Positions 1 through 11,185 of a stretch of DNA of 64,000 nucleotides are shown here, one piece after another. The notes beneath the pieces are model-generated. The model did no database searches. It had not been told where the DNA came from and saw only the letters and a list, made by a program, of their open reading frames with translations. Position 1 is the first letter of the stretch; the number at the start of each line of letters is the position of its first letter. Origin of the DNA: Octopus sinensis (Eukaryota); NCBI RefSeq assembly GCF_006345805.1, contig NC_043006.1, positions 101,990,001 to 102,054,000 on the forward strand. Reading direction: 5' to 3'. Both the position numbers and the translations under genes were made by a program.

Positions 1-708
1 TCAAAAGTGCTGAGCCTCCGGTTGGTTTGTTGATAGGGAATTGGAATTGTGAACATAAGATTGTTGCTTTTGCTCAAGTAATTTCATGCAAAGACATTGC
101 AAAATGTAAACATTCTTATGCAAGCAAGCACACTCATAAATTTTGTGCCGTACAATTCCATTTACAAGGCATCGGCCTGCCAAAGGCTCTAGAAGAAGAT
201 ACTTGCCAATGGACTTCACTTGTGGGACTGAATCTGAAATCACAGACTTGCAAAGTAGACTTCAAAACCACACAGTTTTGAAGGGTTACTCTAACATAAA
301 ACACATGCAATGGTTACAGTTCACTTCTTTATTAATTAATGACTTTAATCAAAATCTTTCACTATAGCCCATGTAGGTGTGTTAATATGTTCACTGGCAA
401 GTCTCCAGAGGTGTAATAAAAGATGTTAGGAAACCATCACATTTATATGTCTTCAGGGATGTAATAAAGGGCATTGACAAATCAACAAGTGACTAATGAA
501 GTGAATTACAGCCGTGTATTTTTATTGACAAAATGACATTCCCAAAAACAAAATCTGTTTCCACTTGTGGTTTGAAAACAAGAAACAACATACACAGATG
601 CACCTGTGTATGCACACACAGGTACACACACATTTGAAGCTGAGAATTCACTCTATTGCTGCTCTGAATTTTGCATTTCTGTCTTTTACAGCTACTTCTC
701 TCTCTCTC

Positions 709-748
<40 letters not shown>

Positions 749-1799
749 CTCCACACACACACATGTGTGTGTATGCACTCTTTCATCTTACCTCTAAATT
801 TTCTCTTTTATTTCTGCCTTGTCTTTTTCTATGTATCTCTTATGTTCCTTCTCATACACACTCTTTTCTGCATACCAAATATTCTCTCTCTTTTTTTTTG
901 ATTCCTCTTTTTATGTCACTACACACATTTTCTCTCATTTTCTTCTATTACTTCTTCTCTCTCTATCTCTATCTCTCTTTCTCTCTCTAATTTCCTGCCA
1001 TAAATTATACAGTCGACATTATTCTGTCAATGAACTCCATTGTATTTATCGGATATCTTATCATTGCCTGCCCCTGGGAGAAAGACTTATCTATTTTCAA
1101 CTATTACTACATCTAAACTGAACTTCTCTCACTACAGAATGTTTGTTCCTCCTTCATTCAGTTGTCCATTCAAACAAGCCGGATCTGATGTGTTTATTTA
1201 AATAAAAAGCCATAAATGTTCCAACACTCTAGAACTATTGAATATTTCGAGAAAGAATATTTATTTTACCATTCATCTTTTCTGTGGATTCCACTTTCTT
1301 AAAATAGCAGCAATTTAGGTTGCCAAGAATCTGCTGGCTTCTTTCCAGTAGAAGTCACACGCCTGCTTTCTCAGCCCTCATCTTCCTCCTCCTTCTCTAC
1401 CAATTGCAACACCAACACTATCTACTGCTGTAGCCATTAAATAACTCCCCAAGTTCCATAAGAAAGAACTTCACCACTCTTAACAATATTTAACTGTTTC
1501 ATTTCACAGTAATATACAGTATTTATTTCTTCAAAATTGTGTAAGTGTTGTTATTGACTTTCACTCAGTGTTCTTGTGACAAATATAAAAAAGGTGTTTA
1601 TACCCATAACTCTCCTCAACACAGAGTTAAAGATTTTAGCAAAGGAGCCTGCTAAGAGGTCAATGCTGTTTGTAGACTATAATTTAGTCAGAAATGCACA
1701 AATTCGTACAATTAACAGCCAATATGTCTACAGTAATCTCCATTTCATATGTTACATTCAAGAATAAGTCATTACTAGGTCTAACTTCAGTGCAGTCTG

Positions 1800-3300
1800 A
1801 TCAGTTTTGATTAGTCTCAAACATATGACCTTTTTAGCCAGTGCTATCTGGCAGCTATCCTAAGCATAGCCAGTCTCAATCTAATCATCTGACATTGGAT
1901 TCCTACAAAGCACTGCAGCCTCTGTTTGGCCACCCATCAAAATCATTTCATATCATATGCTTTATCTACCAAAGGTACTCCATGGATTTATGTTGGAACT
2001 TTGCTGGAGAGATTTGAGACGTTGAGGAGTGTTCTGATTGAAATAGGACACCTTTCAAGACATTTATTGGAGAGCAGTACATCCATTTCTTCCCTTATTT
2101 TTCTGGTTGTTACTTGAAGTTGATAAAGGTTTGGCCTGAGAAGAAAAACTCTCTCTTCAAGTATTTCAACAGAATCCACCACACAACTTGCATTAACCAG
2201 TATTAGTAGGCTTTCAGCTTAGCACTTGGGAAGGCAAGTCCATGCAGTATAGAAGTTTCTGTCACTGGACCAAGGGCGACTTAAGGTGCTTAATATTCAT
2301 TCTGGACCAGACGTTCAGGTGGATAAAAATTGGAAGTAGGTTACAAGCAGGGTTGCTAGTTCCACTTAGAAATAGTCTGAGAGGAAGCTGTCTTTTAAAA
2401 CAGAAGTAGTTAGCCAGTGGTATCCTACTGCATTGTCCCAGGAAAAATTTGAATGGATTAGAACAAATGTTTGTTCAGCTTTAATGGAATGAACAGTTTC
2501 TATTGATCTAGTTGTCCTTCGACTGCCAACACTCTCTTCAAGCTTCTCTGAGTGCCCTGGCTAATGATGCATAGACATTGTGCTGAGGCTGATACATTGC
2601 AGTGATTCCTGAACTAAAATAAGAGGAGAACAGGTGTAGTCATATAACATACCTTTCCACAATTTATCTTTTTGACCAATCTACATTTCTGGATGAAGTG
2701 CAGACCAAGGTAGGACCATAGGCATTTAGAATTTTGTCAAGCTTTCACTACTCTCTGTCAGGTGACCCATTGGCAACAAGTTAACCCTTGCATTCCATTG
2801 ATAGTTAGTGGAGAATATGAACAACAAAAGCCTAAGTGCAATTCAGGACATTAAAACATACAGTTTTCGCAGTCTATTTCAGTCTCTTCCAGATGAAGGT
2901 TTGTGGACAACTTCCAAAAGTCCTTAGTCTGGCAATGTTAGGGAGAAGTTTTGTCTGTTCAGGATAAACTGTCCAGATATGTCTGCCTTGTTGGAATCAC
3001 CAGCTACTGAATTATTCTGTGATACACCCGGTGTGATGAGAATGCAAAATCATCTAGTGTACACTCACTTAGTGATTATGCATTGCCAGTGTGTGGGTTT
3101 ATGTCAAACAATTATTACTTCATGCAGGATAGATCTGGTCATCAACTAAGTCTGGTGAAAGGCAACCTAGCATCTTCTTTCAGCTGCCTTCCTCATCTAG
3201 TTGCTATGGTAAAAAAAAGTTGTGTGGTGGACTTTGTTGAAAAGAGAGAGCTTTTTTTTTTTCTCAGCTAAGAAATGGATGAGCTGCTCTCATCCATTCA
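1800..3300 (-). mobile_element. Heavily degraded retroelement pol-like region (DIRS/LTR-type RT?)
   Basis: In-frame RLPF...TLDDFAF at about 3020-3165 with LTR/DIRS-like spacing, but many stops; other motifs not secure. Confidence 0.25.
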
Positions 3301-4021
3301 AGAAATTGCTTCTGGTATACCAGGGTAATCTGAGGCAATGCATGGGACACCCTAAATTGCCTGGTGGGATTTCTCCACCTTTATTTTATTTTATTTATTA
3401 TCTGTTTCTCGAAGGTGCCAGATTGCTTGAATCATTCGGGCATTGAAAAAAAAAAACATTATAATGTTTGTCGTAACCTTTTACTGATTTCAAATCTCAC
3501 TAAGGTTTACTTTGCTTTCAACCTTCCAGATTCAATAAGGTAAAGTATCAGTTAAATATTGGAATCAATGTAATCAAATTGCCTCTTACTCTTCAAAATT
3601 GCTGGCCTTGTGTCTAAAATAGAAACCACAATTATCCATTTATTAATGTGCCTTCAATTTTTCAATGCCCCTTTTTTGTACGAGGTGATGACCCCCTTTT
3701 TTTGTTTATAATTCCCTTTTGTTTTTTTTTTCCTTTGTATCACTCCCAACATCATAGAACTTGCAGCAAATAAAAGAAGACCATTGAATTATGAATCAGT
3801 GGGTCAGAGTGTAGTAAAGTCTTTATTTACTAAGCTATTGGCTCATGTATTAACGAATGTGGTTTAACTGATAAAAGCATAACTATCCTCACATTTGAAA
3901 ATGAAGTTTCCTTAAAATCATCTGAAGCAATGCTCATAGGCTACGTCTTGGTGAAAGATTAGGGTAAAGTAGAATTTGCATTACTACTACTACTAGAAAA
4001 ATGTAAATATATACACATATA

Positions 4022-4428
4022 GGCGCAGGAGTGGCTGTGTGGTAAGTAGCTTGCTAACCAACCACATGGTTGCGGGTTCAGTCCCACTGCGTGGCATCTT
4101 GGGCAAGTGTCTTCTGCTATAGCCCCGGGCCGACCAATGTCTTGTGAGTGGATTTGGTAGACGGAAACTGAAAGAAGCCTGTTGTATATATGTATATATA
4201 TGTATATGTGTGTGTGTTTGTGTGTCTGTGTTTGTCCCCCTAGCATTGCTTGACAACCGATGCTGGTGTGTTTACGTCCCTGTCACTTAGCGGTTTGGCA
4301 AAAGAGACCGATAGAATAAGTACTGGGCTTACAAAGAATAAGTCCCGGGGTCGATTTGATCGACTAAAGGCGGTGCTCCAGCATGGCCGCAGTCAAATGA
4401 CTGAAACAAGTAAAAGAGTAAAAGAGAA
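4022..4428 (+). mobile_element. SINE family S1: tRNA-like head, CORE-like CTTGGGCAAGTG segment, internal (TA)/(TG)n, (GTAAAAGA)n tail
   Basis: A-box-like TGGCTGTGTGGT, B-box-like GGTTCAGTCCC; more than 12 homologous copies in the window. Confidence 0.9.
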
Positions 4429-4629
4429 TATATTTAAGAAGCAAATAAAAGATAGCAATAAAAAATTTTAATGAATGAGATGATAATAAAAGAACTGATA
4501 AAAAAAACTGACAGCTATAAAATGGGGGTAAATGAAATCACAATAAAGGAGCTGATAAAATTAAATTAAAAGGGAGAGTAATAAAACAATCAATAGAAAT
4601 CTTAAAGTGAAGGAAATGGCCAGCATTAG

Positions 4630-4880
4630 GAAAGAAACTTGTTAACACAAATTTGATTGTTATTCTGCAGGAAAACAATGAGAAGAGAATTTATTCCACA
4701 AATCAGCTGTTTGGGAAAGGAAAAAGGTATGGAACTTGCAGCATGTCCATGAGATATCCAGGAGACATGGATGTAGTTTGTTAATTTTAGTAAACTGAGT
4801 TCTGATGGTAAAATTTCTGACTGGTAAGATCAAGGAATTCTTCTGGAGTTTGATGAATTAAAGTACTGGTCAAGTACTAA
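4630..4880 (-). mobile_element. CR1/Jockey-group LINE C-terminal remnant; similar debris at 26400-26700 (LNLYSLEYQRER)
   Basis: TFFLSQTADLWNKFSSHCFP resembles SFFxRTxxLWNxLPxxxFP. Confidence 0.45.
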
Positions 4881-5009
4881 TGTCAGCTTAACTGACTAAA
4901 TCCATTGTCCAGAATTTCAGGCCTTGAATCAGCAGAGCACTGGAAAAAATGGTTTTTTTGTATCTCTTCTGGTTCTTTTGTTCTAAGTTCAAGTTTCACC
5001 ACAGTCCAG

Positions 5010-5560
5010 AATGCCTTTCATCCTTCATCGATTAATAAAATAAAGTACCAGTTATATACTGCAGGTCACTAAATGACTGAACCCCACTTCCTCTCAAAAT
5101 TGCTGCCCTAAATCAGATACCATTATTATTATTATTAAGGTGGCAAACTGGCAGAATTGTTAGTTTACCAATTTTAATTGCTTAGTGGTATTTCGTCTGC
5201 TGCCACTTTCCGAGTTCAAATTCTGGTTGATTAAATAAATACCAGTTACATACTGGGGTCGATGTAATCAACTTAATCCCCTCCAACATGCTGTGCTTGT
5301 AGCAAAAATTTGAGACCATTATTATTGTTATTGGGGCAGTGAGCTGGCAGAATTGTTAACACACTGAGCAAAATGCTTAGCATTTCACCTGTTTACATTC
5401 TGAGTTCAAACTCCATTGAGGTCAACTTTGCCTTCCATCATTTAGGGGCCAATAAAATAAGTACCAGTAAAGTACAGGAATCGATGACATAATCGATTTA
5501 CCCCCATCCCTGAACTTGCTGGCTCTGTGCCAAAATTTGAAACCATTATTATTATTATTG
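5010..5560 (+). mobile_element. Three head-to-tail copies of SINE family S2 separated by (ATT)n
   Basis: GGCAGTGAGCTGGCAGAAT..GAGTTCAAA..AATAAGTACCAG..GGGGTCGATGTAATC..GCCTTGTGCC..GAAACCATTATT. Confidence 0.85.
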
Positions 5561-6130
5561 ATGATGATAATAATAAGTCAATGTTATATCAAGACAAATT
5601 TATTATCATTTCTCTAAATTTTATCATTTCATTTTTTTTTTTCCTTTTTTCATATTTGCTTATTGGCTACAAATTTATTGTGATTGTTTTTGAACTGGCT
5701 GATAAAATAAATGAATATAAAATATTATTTGTTCTTGATGTTATTTTTAATGGTAGTGGTGGGCATCAGAGGAGATATTGTTTTTGAGTTTCTGCAAACA
5801 ACACTCCAGTCTACTCCAAAAGAGCTGTCTTACAGGGTGATGCAATTGTAGAAAAATCAAATGATCACTGGTGCCTAATCCAATATCAGATATGGTTGCC
5901 TCTTCTTATCTCGGCAAGGTGTGGGGGTGATTTTGTTTTTATCATTCCTCGAGAGATGACTCAAAAATCTAAGGTCACCTTTGCATTTATATATATTCAT
6001 ATATTTTTTATTCAAATGTTTTATAAGATTACAAATTAAAACATGATTACGTAGACCACCAGACTAGTTTGTCTTACAATCAGTCTGCACTACCCTTACA
6101 GTCTCTGACTTCCTCTTTCACTATCAGTTC

Positions 6131-6186
<56 letters not shown>

Positions 6187-6539
6187 TTCTCTTTCTCACA
6201 TTGTATCTTCTAAATATGCGAATGCTTGAGTTATATATGCAATGTAATGATTAGCATACAAATAAAATCTTAGCCTTTGAATCACTTTGTAACTTCTGTC
6301 AATTAAAAATTATCTATTTATGTGTGTGTGTACAGGAGCAGACTGGGGGAGGGGTGCCTGAGGGGCACATGCCCCCCTCAAGAAAAGAAGTGTGCCCTTC
6401 TAAATAATGTTACTACACCCTTTTCTCATGGAATTGTATTTCCTTCTGAGCTTGTGCTCTTACTTTGAAAACTTCCTGGGACTGCACCTTGTGTGTGTGT
6501 GTAAATATATATATGTGTGTGTTTATAAATATATATCAG

Positions 6540-6740
6540 TGTCATGCAAGTGGCACCCATACCAATGGCATGTAAAAGCACCCATTACACACTCTGAGGG
6601 GTTGGCATTAGGAAGGGCATCCAGTTGTAGAAAACCATGCCAAATCAGACTGGAGTCTGGTGCAGCCTTCCAGCATGTCAGCCCAGTCAAACTGTCCAAC
6701 CCATGCCAGCATGGACAATGGATTTTAAATGGTGATGATG

Positions 6741-6742
<2 letters not shown>
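6540..6742 (+). mobile_element. RTE tail-only copy
   Basis: GGCATTAGGAAGGGCATCCAGTTGTAG..CCATGCCAGCATGG..GATGATGAT then (TA)n. Confidence 0.8.
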
Positions 6743-6771
<29 letters not shown>

Positions 6772-6807
6772 CTGTAAATGTAATATGTGACAATTATTCG
6801 GTAGCCA

Positions 6808-6870
6808 AGATAAAACTCTGAGTTTTGGATGCCGAGGTGGAAATCCACACCACCATCTCTTCAGTTATCC
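6808..6870 (-). ncRNA. Same hammerhead-like motif on the opposite arm; duplicate at 7892-7954
   Basis: Reverse complement GGAUAA CUGAAGA GAUG..CAUC CAAAA CUCAGAG UU UUAUCU. Confidence 0.55.
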
Positions 6871-7038
6871 GGCCATTGGAAAAACATTATTAAAAATGAC
6901 CATTATACAATGAACTTTTTACCTCCTTACCTTAATTAGCGGTCAGTCGAATAGCACTTTTGTCTAAATGGCGGTCAATAACACAGTAGTTTCCCTTTGT
7001 ATAACGGTCATTTTTCATAGCGTTTTTTTCCGATGGCC

Positions 7039-7101
7039 GGATAACTGAAGAGATGATGGTGTGGATTTCCACCTCAGCATCCAAAACTCAGAGTTTTATC
7101 T
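7039..7101 (+). ncRNA. Minimal type I hammerhead ribozyme-like motif (G12 position is A); duplicate at 8123-8185
   Basis: GGAUAA-CUGAAGA-GAUG..CAUC-C-AAAA-CUC A GAG-U-U-UUAUCU: stems I, II and palindromic III all pair. Confidence 0.55.
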
Positions 7102-7204
7102 TGGTTACCGAATAATTGTTACATATTACATTTACAGATAAATTCCTCTATTTACATAATATTGAGGTCTCTTTCTTTCTTTTGTTATCTTACCGTTTTT
7201 ACCA

Positions 7205-7592
7205 ATACTCTTTACTCTTTTACTTGTTTCAGTCATTTGACTGCGGCCATGCTGGAGCACCGCCTTTAGTCGAGCAAATCGACCCTGGGACTTATTCTTT
7301 GTAAGCCCATTACTTATTCTATCGGTCTCTTTTGCCGAACCGCTAAGTGACGGGGACATAAACACACCAGCATCGGTTGTCAAGCAATGCTAGGGGGACA
7401 AACACACACACATACATATATATATACATATATATGACGGGTTTCTTTCAGTTTCTGTCTACCAAATCCACTCACAAGGCATTGGTCGGCCCGGGGCTAT
7501 AGCAGAAGACACTTGCCCAAGATGCCACGCAGTGGGACTGAACCCAGAACCATGTGGTTTGTTAGCAAGCTACTTACCACACAGCCACTCCC
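7205..7592 (-). mobile_element. SINE S1 (duplicate at 8289-8678)
   Basis: Full reverse-complement match to 4022-4428. Confidence 0.9.
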
Positions 7593-9539
7593 ACTATATA
7601 TATATATAGTGCAAATTTATAGAAAAACAAATATGAAGACAGGTGTTGGAACAACGAGTGCATTAGTTTGACACTCAGGAAAATGGAAAAGTCTTTATAT
7701 TTCAAGCCTATGCTCTTTGACAGAAAGGAATAAGAGGGAATAAATAGAGAGAGAGAATGAGAAATACATGTTGAGTTGTAGTCCAGAGAGAGAGAGAGAG
7801 AGAGAGAGATGTATGTATTCGTATATATATATATATATAATATATATATATATATCTGTAAATGTAATATGTGACAATTATTCGGTAGCCAAGATAAAAC
7901 TCTGAGTTTTGGATGCCGAGGTGGAAATCCACACCACCATCTCTTCAGTTATCCGGCCATTGGAAAAACATTATTAAAAATGACCGTTATACAATGAACT
8001 TTTTACCTCCTTACCTTAATTAGCGGTCAGTCGAATAGCGCTTTTGTCTAAATGGCGGTCAATAACACAGTAGTTTCCCTTTGTATAACGGTCATTTTTC
8101 ATAGCGTTTTTTTCCGATGGCCAGATAACTGAAGAGATGATCGTGTGGATTTCCACCTCAGCATCCAAAACTCAGAGTTTTATCTTGGTTACCGAATAAT
8201 TGTTACATATTACATTTACAGATAAATTCCTCTATTTACATAATATTGAGGTCTCTTTCTTTCTTTTGTTATCTTACCGTTTTTACCAATACTCTTTACT
8301 CTTTTACTTGTTTCAGTCATTTGACTGCGGCCATGCTGGAGCACCGCCTTTAGTCGAGCAAATCGACCCTGGGACTTATTCTTTGTAAGCCCATTACTTA
8401 TTCTATCGGTCTCTTTTGCCGAACCGCTAAGTGACGGGGACGTAAACACACCAGCATCGGTTGTCAAGCAATGCTAGGGGGACAAACACACACACATACA
8501 TATATATATACATATATATGACGGGCTTCTTTCAGTTTCTGTCTACCAAATCCACTCACAAGGCATTGGTCGGCCCGGGGCTATAGCAGAAGACACTTGC
8601 CCAAGATGCCACGCAGTGGGACTGAACCCAGAACCATGTGGTTTGTTAGCAAGCTACTTACCACACAGCCACTCCCACTATATATATATATAGTGCAAAT
8701 TTATAGAAAAACAAATATGAAGACAGGTGTTGGAACAACGAGTGCATTAGTTTGACACTCAGGAAAATGGAAAAGTCTTTTATATTTCAAGCCTATGCTC
8801 TTTGACAGAAAGGAATAAGAGGGAATAAATAGAGAGAGAGAATGAGAAATACATGTTGAGTTGTAGTCCAGAGAGAGAGACAGAGAGAGAGAGAGATGTA
8901 TGTATTCGTATATATATATATATATATATATATATGCATGTCTGTGTGTATATGTATATATGATGATTGGATAATCTCAGTTTCAATTGGTCAAACTTGG
9001 GAACCAAGCCAGAAACTCTAATGATGGTTGCTTCTGATAGTACCCTATAGAAAAGGTGCCCGAAGATCCTAAACCTATGATCCTTCCAGGAATAGTGGGC
9101 AGAGGTGTGTGTATACCCTTAGTATGTTTATCCTACACTACTATGTACAGAGTGACCCCTATTAAGTGTAGAGCTGTTTGTGAAGACTCTTCAGTCTTGT
9201 TGAAGGTGTTTAGCTTCTCTAAAGCAGGCACCAAAAAAAGAGGTGCATGCAATGCACTTTATAATGCAATTGGTGTTAGGAAGAGTATCCAGCCATACAA
9301 ACCAAGACCAAAATGAAGTTATGAGCTAGATGTGATCCATCTGATCTATCTATCTAGGAAAGTACAAATGACCTCTACACACTTACCAGCATGGAGGTTC
9401 TTCTTCAACCATCACTCATCATTTCAGCTTTCTCCCTCAGAAAAGATAGCTAAAATTTTGATTTGAGAAGAAAATAAATTGCCTTCTCTGCTATTTCTGC
9501 AAACTGACTAAAGATAATATCAAATGATTATAATAATAA

Positions 9540-9903
9540 TAACAAGAGCATTCAGAGCACAAACCTCTGCCAAGGCAACACCAACGTCCTCTCAACGATT
9601 AACAGAGATGATTTTTAAGATTAGAATTTCTGAAATAAACTTGACTGCTCTCACAAATAAGAATTCTAAAAATTAACCCGACCGCTCTCAGAATTTAATT
9701 AAAAAAACAAGAAAAATAATCCAGAATCCTTGTCCGGTACTGGATTGATCCCAAAATCTAATCAGTTTGTACTAGTCATGAGGCCAAGCATCCCTGAAAG
9801 TTTCATCCAAATCCATCCACTGGTTCTTGAGATATCTTGTCCCCAGACAGACAAACAAACACGACTGAAAACAATACCTCCACCTTTGCTAAGGTGGAGG
9901 TAA
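9540..9903 (+). mobile_element. Helentron/DINE-1-like non-autonomous element
   Basis: AACAAG start, (GACA/AACA)n near the 3' end, perfect 11-bp terminal hairpin ACCTCCACCTT-TGCT-AAGGTGGAGGT. Confidence 0.6.
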
Positions 9904-10122
9904 TAATCCTTTCTCCTACAGGCACAAGGCCTGAAATTTGTGGGAGGGGGATAGTCAATTTCATCGCCCCCAGTGTGCAGTTGGTACTTATTTTATTGAC
10001 CCCTCAGAAAGATGAAAGGCAAAATCAACCTTGGCGGTGTTTAAACTCAGAACATAAAGGCAGAAAAAATGCTGCCAAGCATTTGTCTAGGTATGGTAAC
10101 GAGTCTGCCAGCTCACCACCTT
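9904..10122 (-). mobile_element. SINE S2; further copies at 3470-3640, 10425-10620, 11212-11430, 15090-15290, 15360-15510, 33045-33180 (+) and 27340-27560, 44230-44450, 57040-57230 (-)
   Basis: Same A/B-box-like head and body. Confidence 0.8.
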
Positions 10123-10134
10123 AATAATTACCAT

Positions 10135-10420
10135 TATTATTACACTATGCAAACCAACTTAGTTAGCAGGCATTTTATCTGAATGGTTGGTGACAACACG
10201 TCTCCTCAAATCTCAAGAATCTTTCTTATCATACTCGCAGAATATAGGATAGTACATTTCTGTGGATCAACTATGCAAGTTTCAAATCTAATCTCTTTTC
10301 ATCTTTTAGATAGTATTATCGGTGTTGTGCCAAGTGCAGTAATTACTACAGGAATAATTGTTGTCTTAGTCTTCCACAGTCTCTTCAGCTCTCTAGCTAG
10401 ATCCTAATATTTCTAATTTT
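10135..10420 (-). mobile_element. C-terminal remnant of a restriction-like-endonuclease LINE (R4/Dong-like)
   Basis: KY*DLARELKRLWKTKTTIIPVVITALGT...QKCTILYSASMIRKILEI*, then a (TAA)n end. Confidence 0.7.
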
Positions 10421-10629
10421 ATTACAATGGCAGTGAGATAGCAGAATCATTAGCACACTGAACAAAATGCCTATCAGCATTTCAGTTCCAATTCTTCCAA
10501 GGTCAGCTGATAAAATGGGCACCAATCAAACTACTGGGGTGGAGGTGGGGGTTGAGGAAATTGAATAGCTCTCTTCCCCATAATTTCAGGTATTGTGCCT
10601 ATAGTTGAAAGGATTATTATCATTATCAT

Positions 10630-11185
10630 TATTATTGAGTGAGAGAGCAGTGCATGCCATCAAAGTGACACTGGAGTAAAATATATGAAACCCAGTATAC
10701 CCATCATGACTATCCGTCTGATAAGGGTACACCAGGCACATGCATACAACCATATGTGCACGACATGGTGATCTCATATCAAGATAAACAGCACATGACC
10801 TTGCAGGTGAGGCCCAGTTAGAATTTTCTTCTGATTGAGTAACCAATCCCACTCAAAAGGTCCTTGAATAAGGATTGTTTAAGGATGTTGAACGAAATAT
10901 CCACATTTCCAGAGGTGAATTATTCAAACCCCAAAGAATCCCTCTCAACACATGGCTATGATGCTCCCCCACTACTTCTGCTTGTGATCAGAGGTGCACA
11001 TATCATCACCCACTAAGGGACATACTCAACTGGTTATGGTCGGACAACTGATAAGCAAATGTGTGGTATTGAGCACAATATTTACTGTAGCCCATCTTTT
11101 ATACCAAGACAAAACAATGTACATGATAACAGTTAAGATCAGAAGCCATGAGAGCCACTGCCTGGTACTGCATCAGGGCATTCAT
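10630..11185. repeat. Probable ~550-bp interspersed repeat of unknown class between (ATT)n tracts
   Basis: Sharp compositional block flanked by (ATT)/(CAT)n; single copy in window, no ORF or clear TIR. Confidence 0.3.

Larger units (their letters stand above)
6768..7204. mobile_element. Inverted-repeat element (arms about 6768-6910 and 7000-7140) resembling inverted Penelope-like termini; copy 2 at 7852-8288
   Basis: Arms of about 140 bp are reverse complements around a ~90-bp spacer; the right arm has an extra tail; each arm holds a hammerhead-like fold. Confidence 0.7.
6768..8935. repeat. Direct tandem duplication, period 1084 bp (6768-7851, 7852-8935)
   Basis: Near-identical copies differing by a handful of substitutions and microsatellite lengths; breakpoints in (TA)n. 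Confidence 0.95.

Noticed and set aside
4671-4726. Apparent 56-nt exon with good splice sites
   Set aside because: Lies antisense within a CR1/Jockey-like remnant.
6332-6491. Possible small MITE (CAGGAGCAGACT...ACTGCACCTTG)
   Set aside because: Termini too degenerate and single copy.
10308-10407. Apparent terminal exon encoding a transmembrane helix
   Set aside because: Antisense of the R4-like endonuclease remnant.
9904-10620. S2 SINE as partner of the adjacent R4-like LINE
   Set aside because: The S2 sense tail is (ATT)n whereas the LINE tail is (TAA)n, and no shared 3' sequence was seen.
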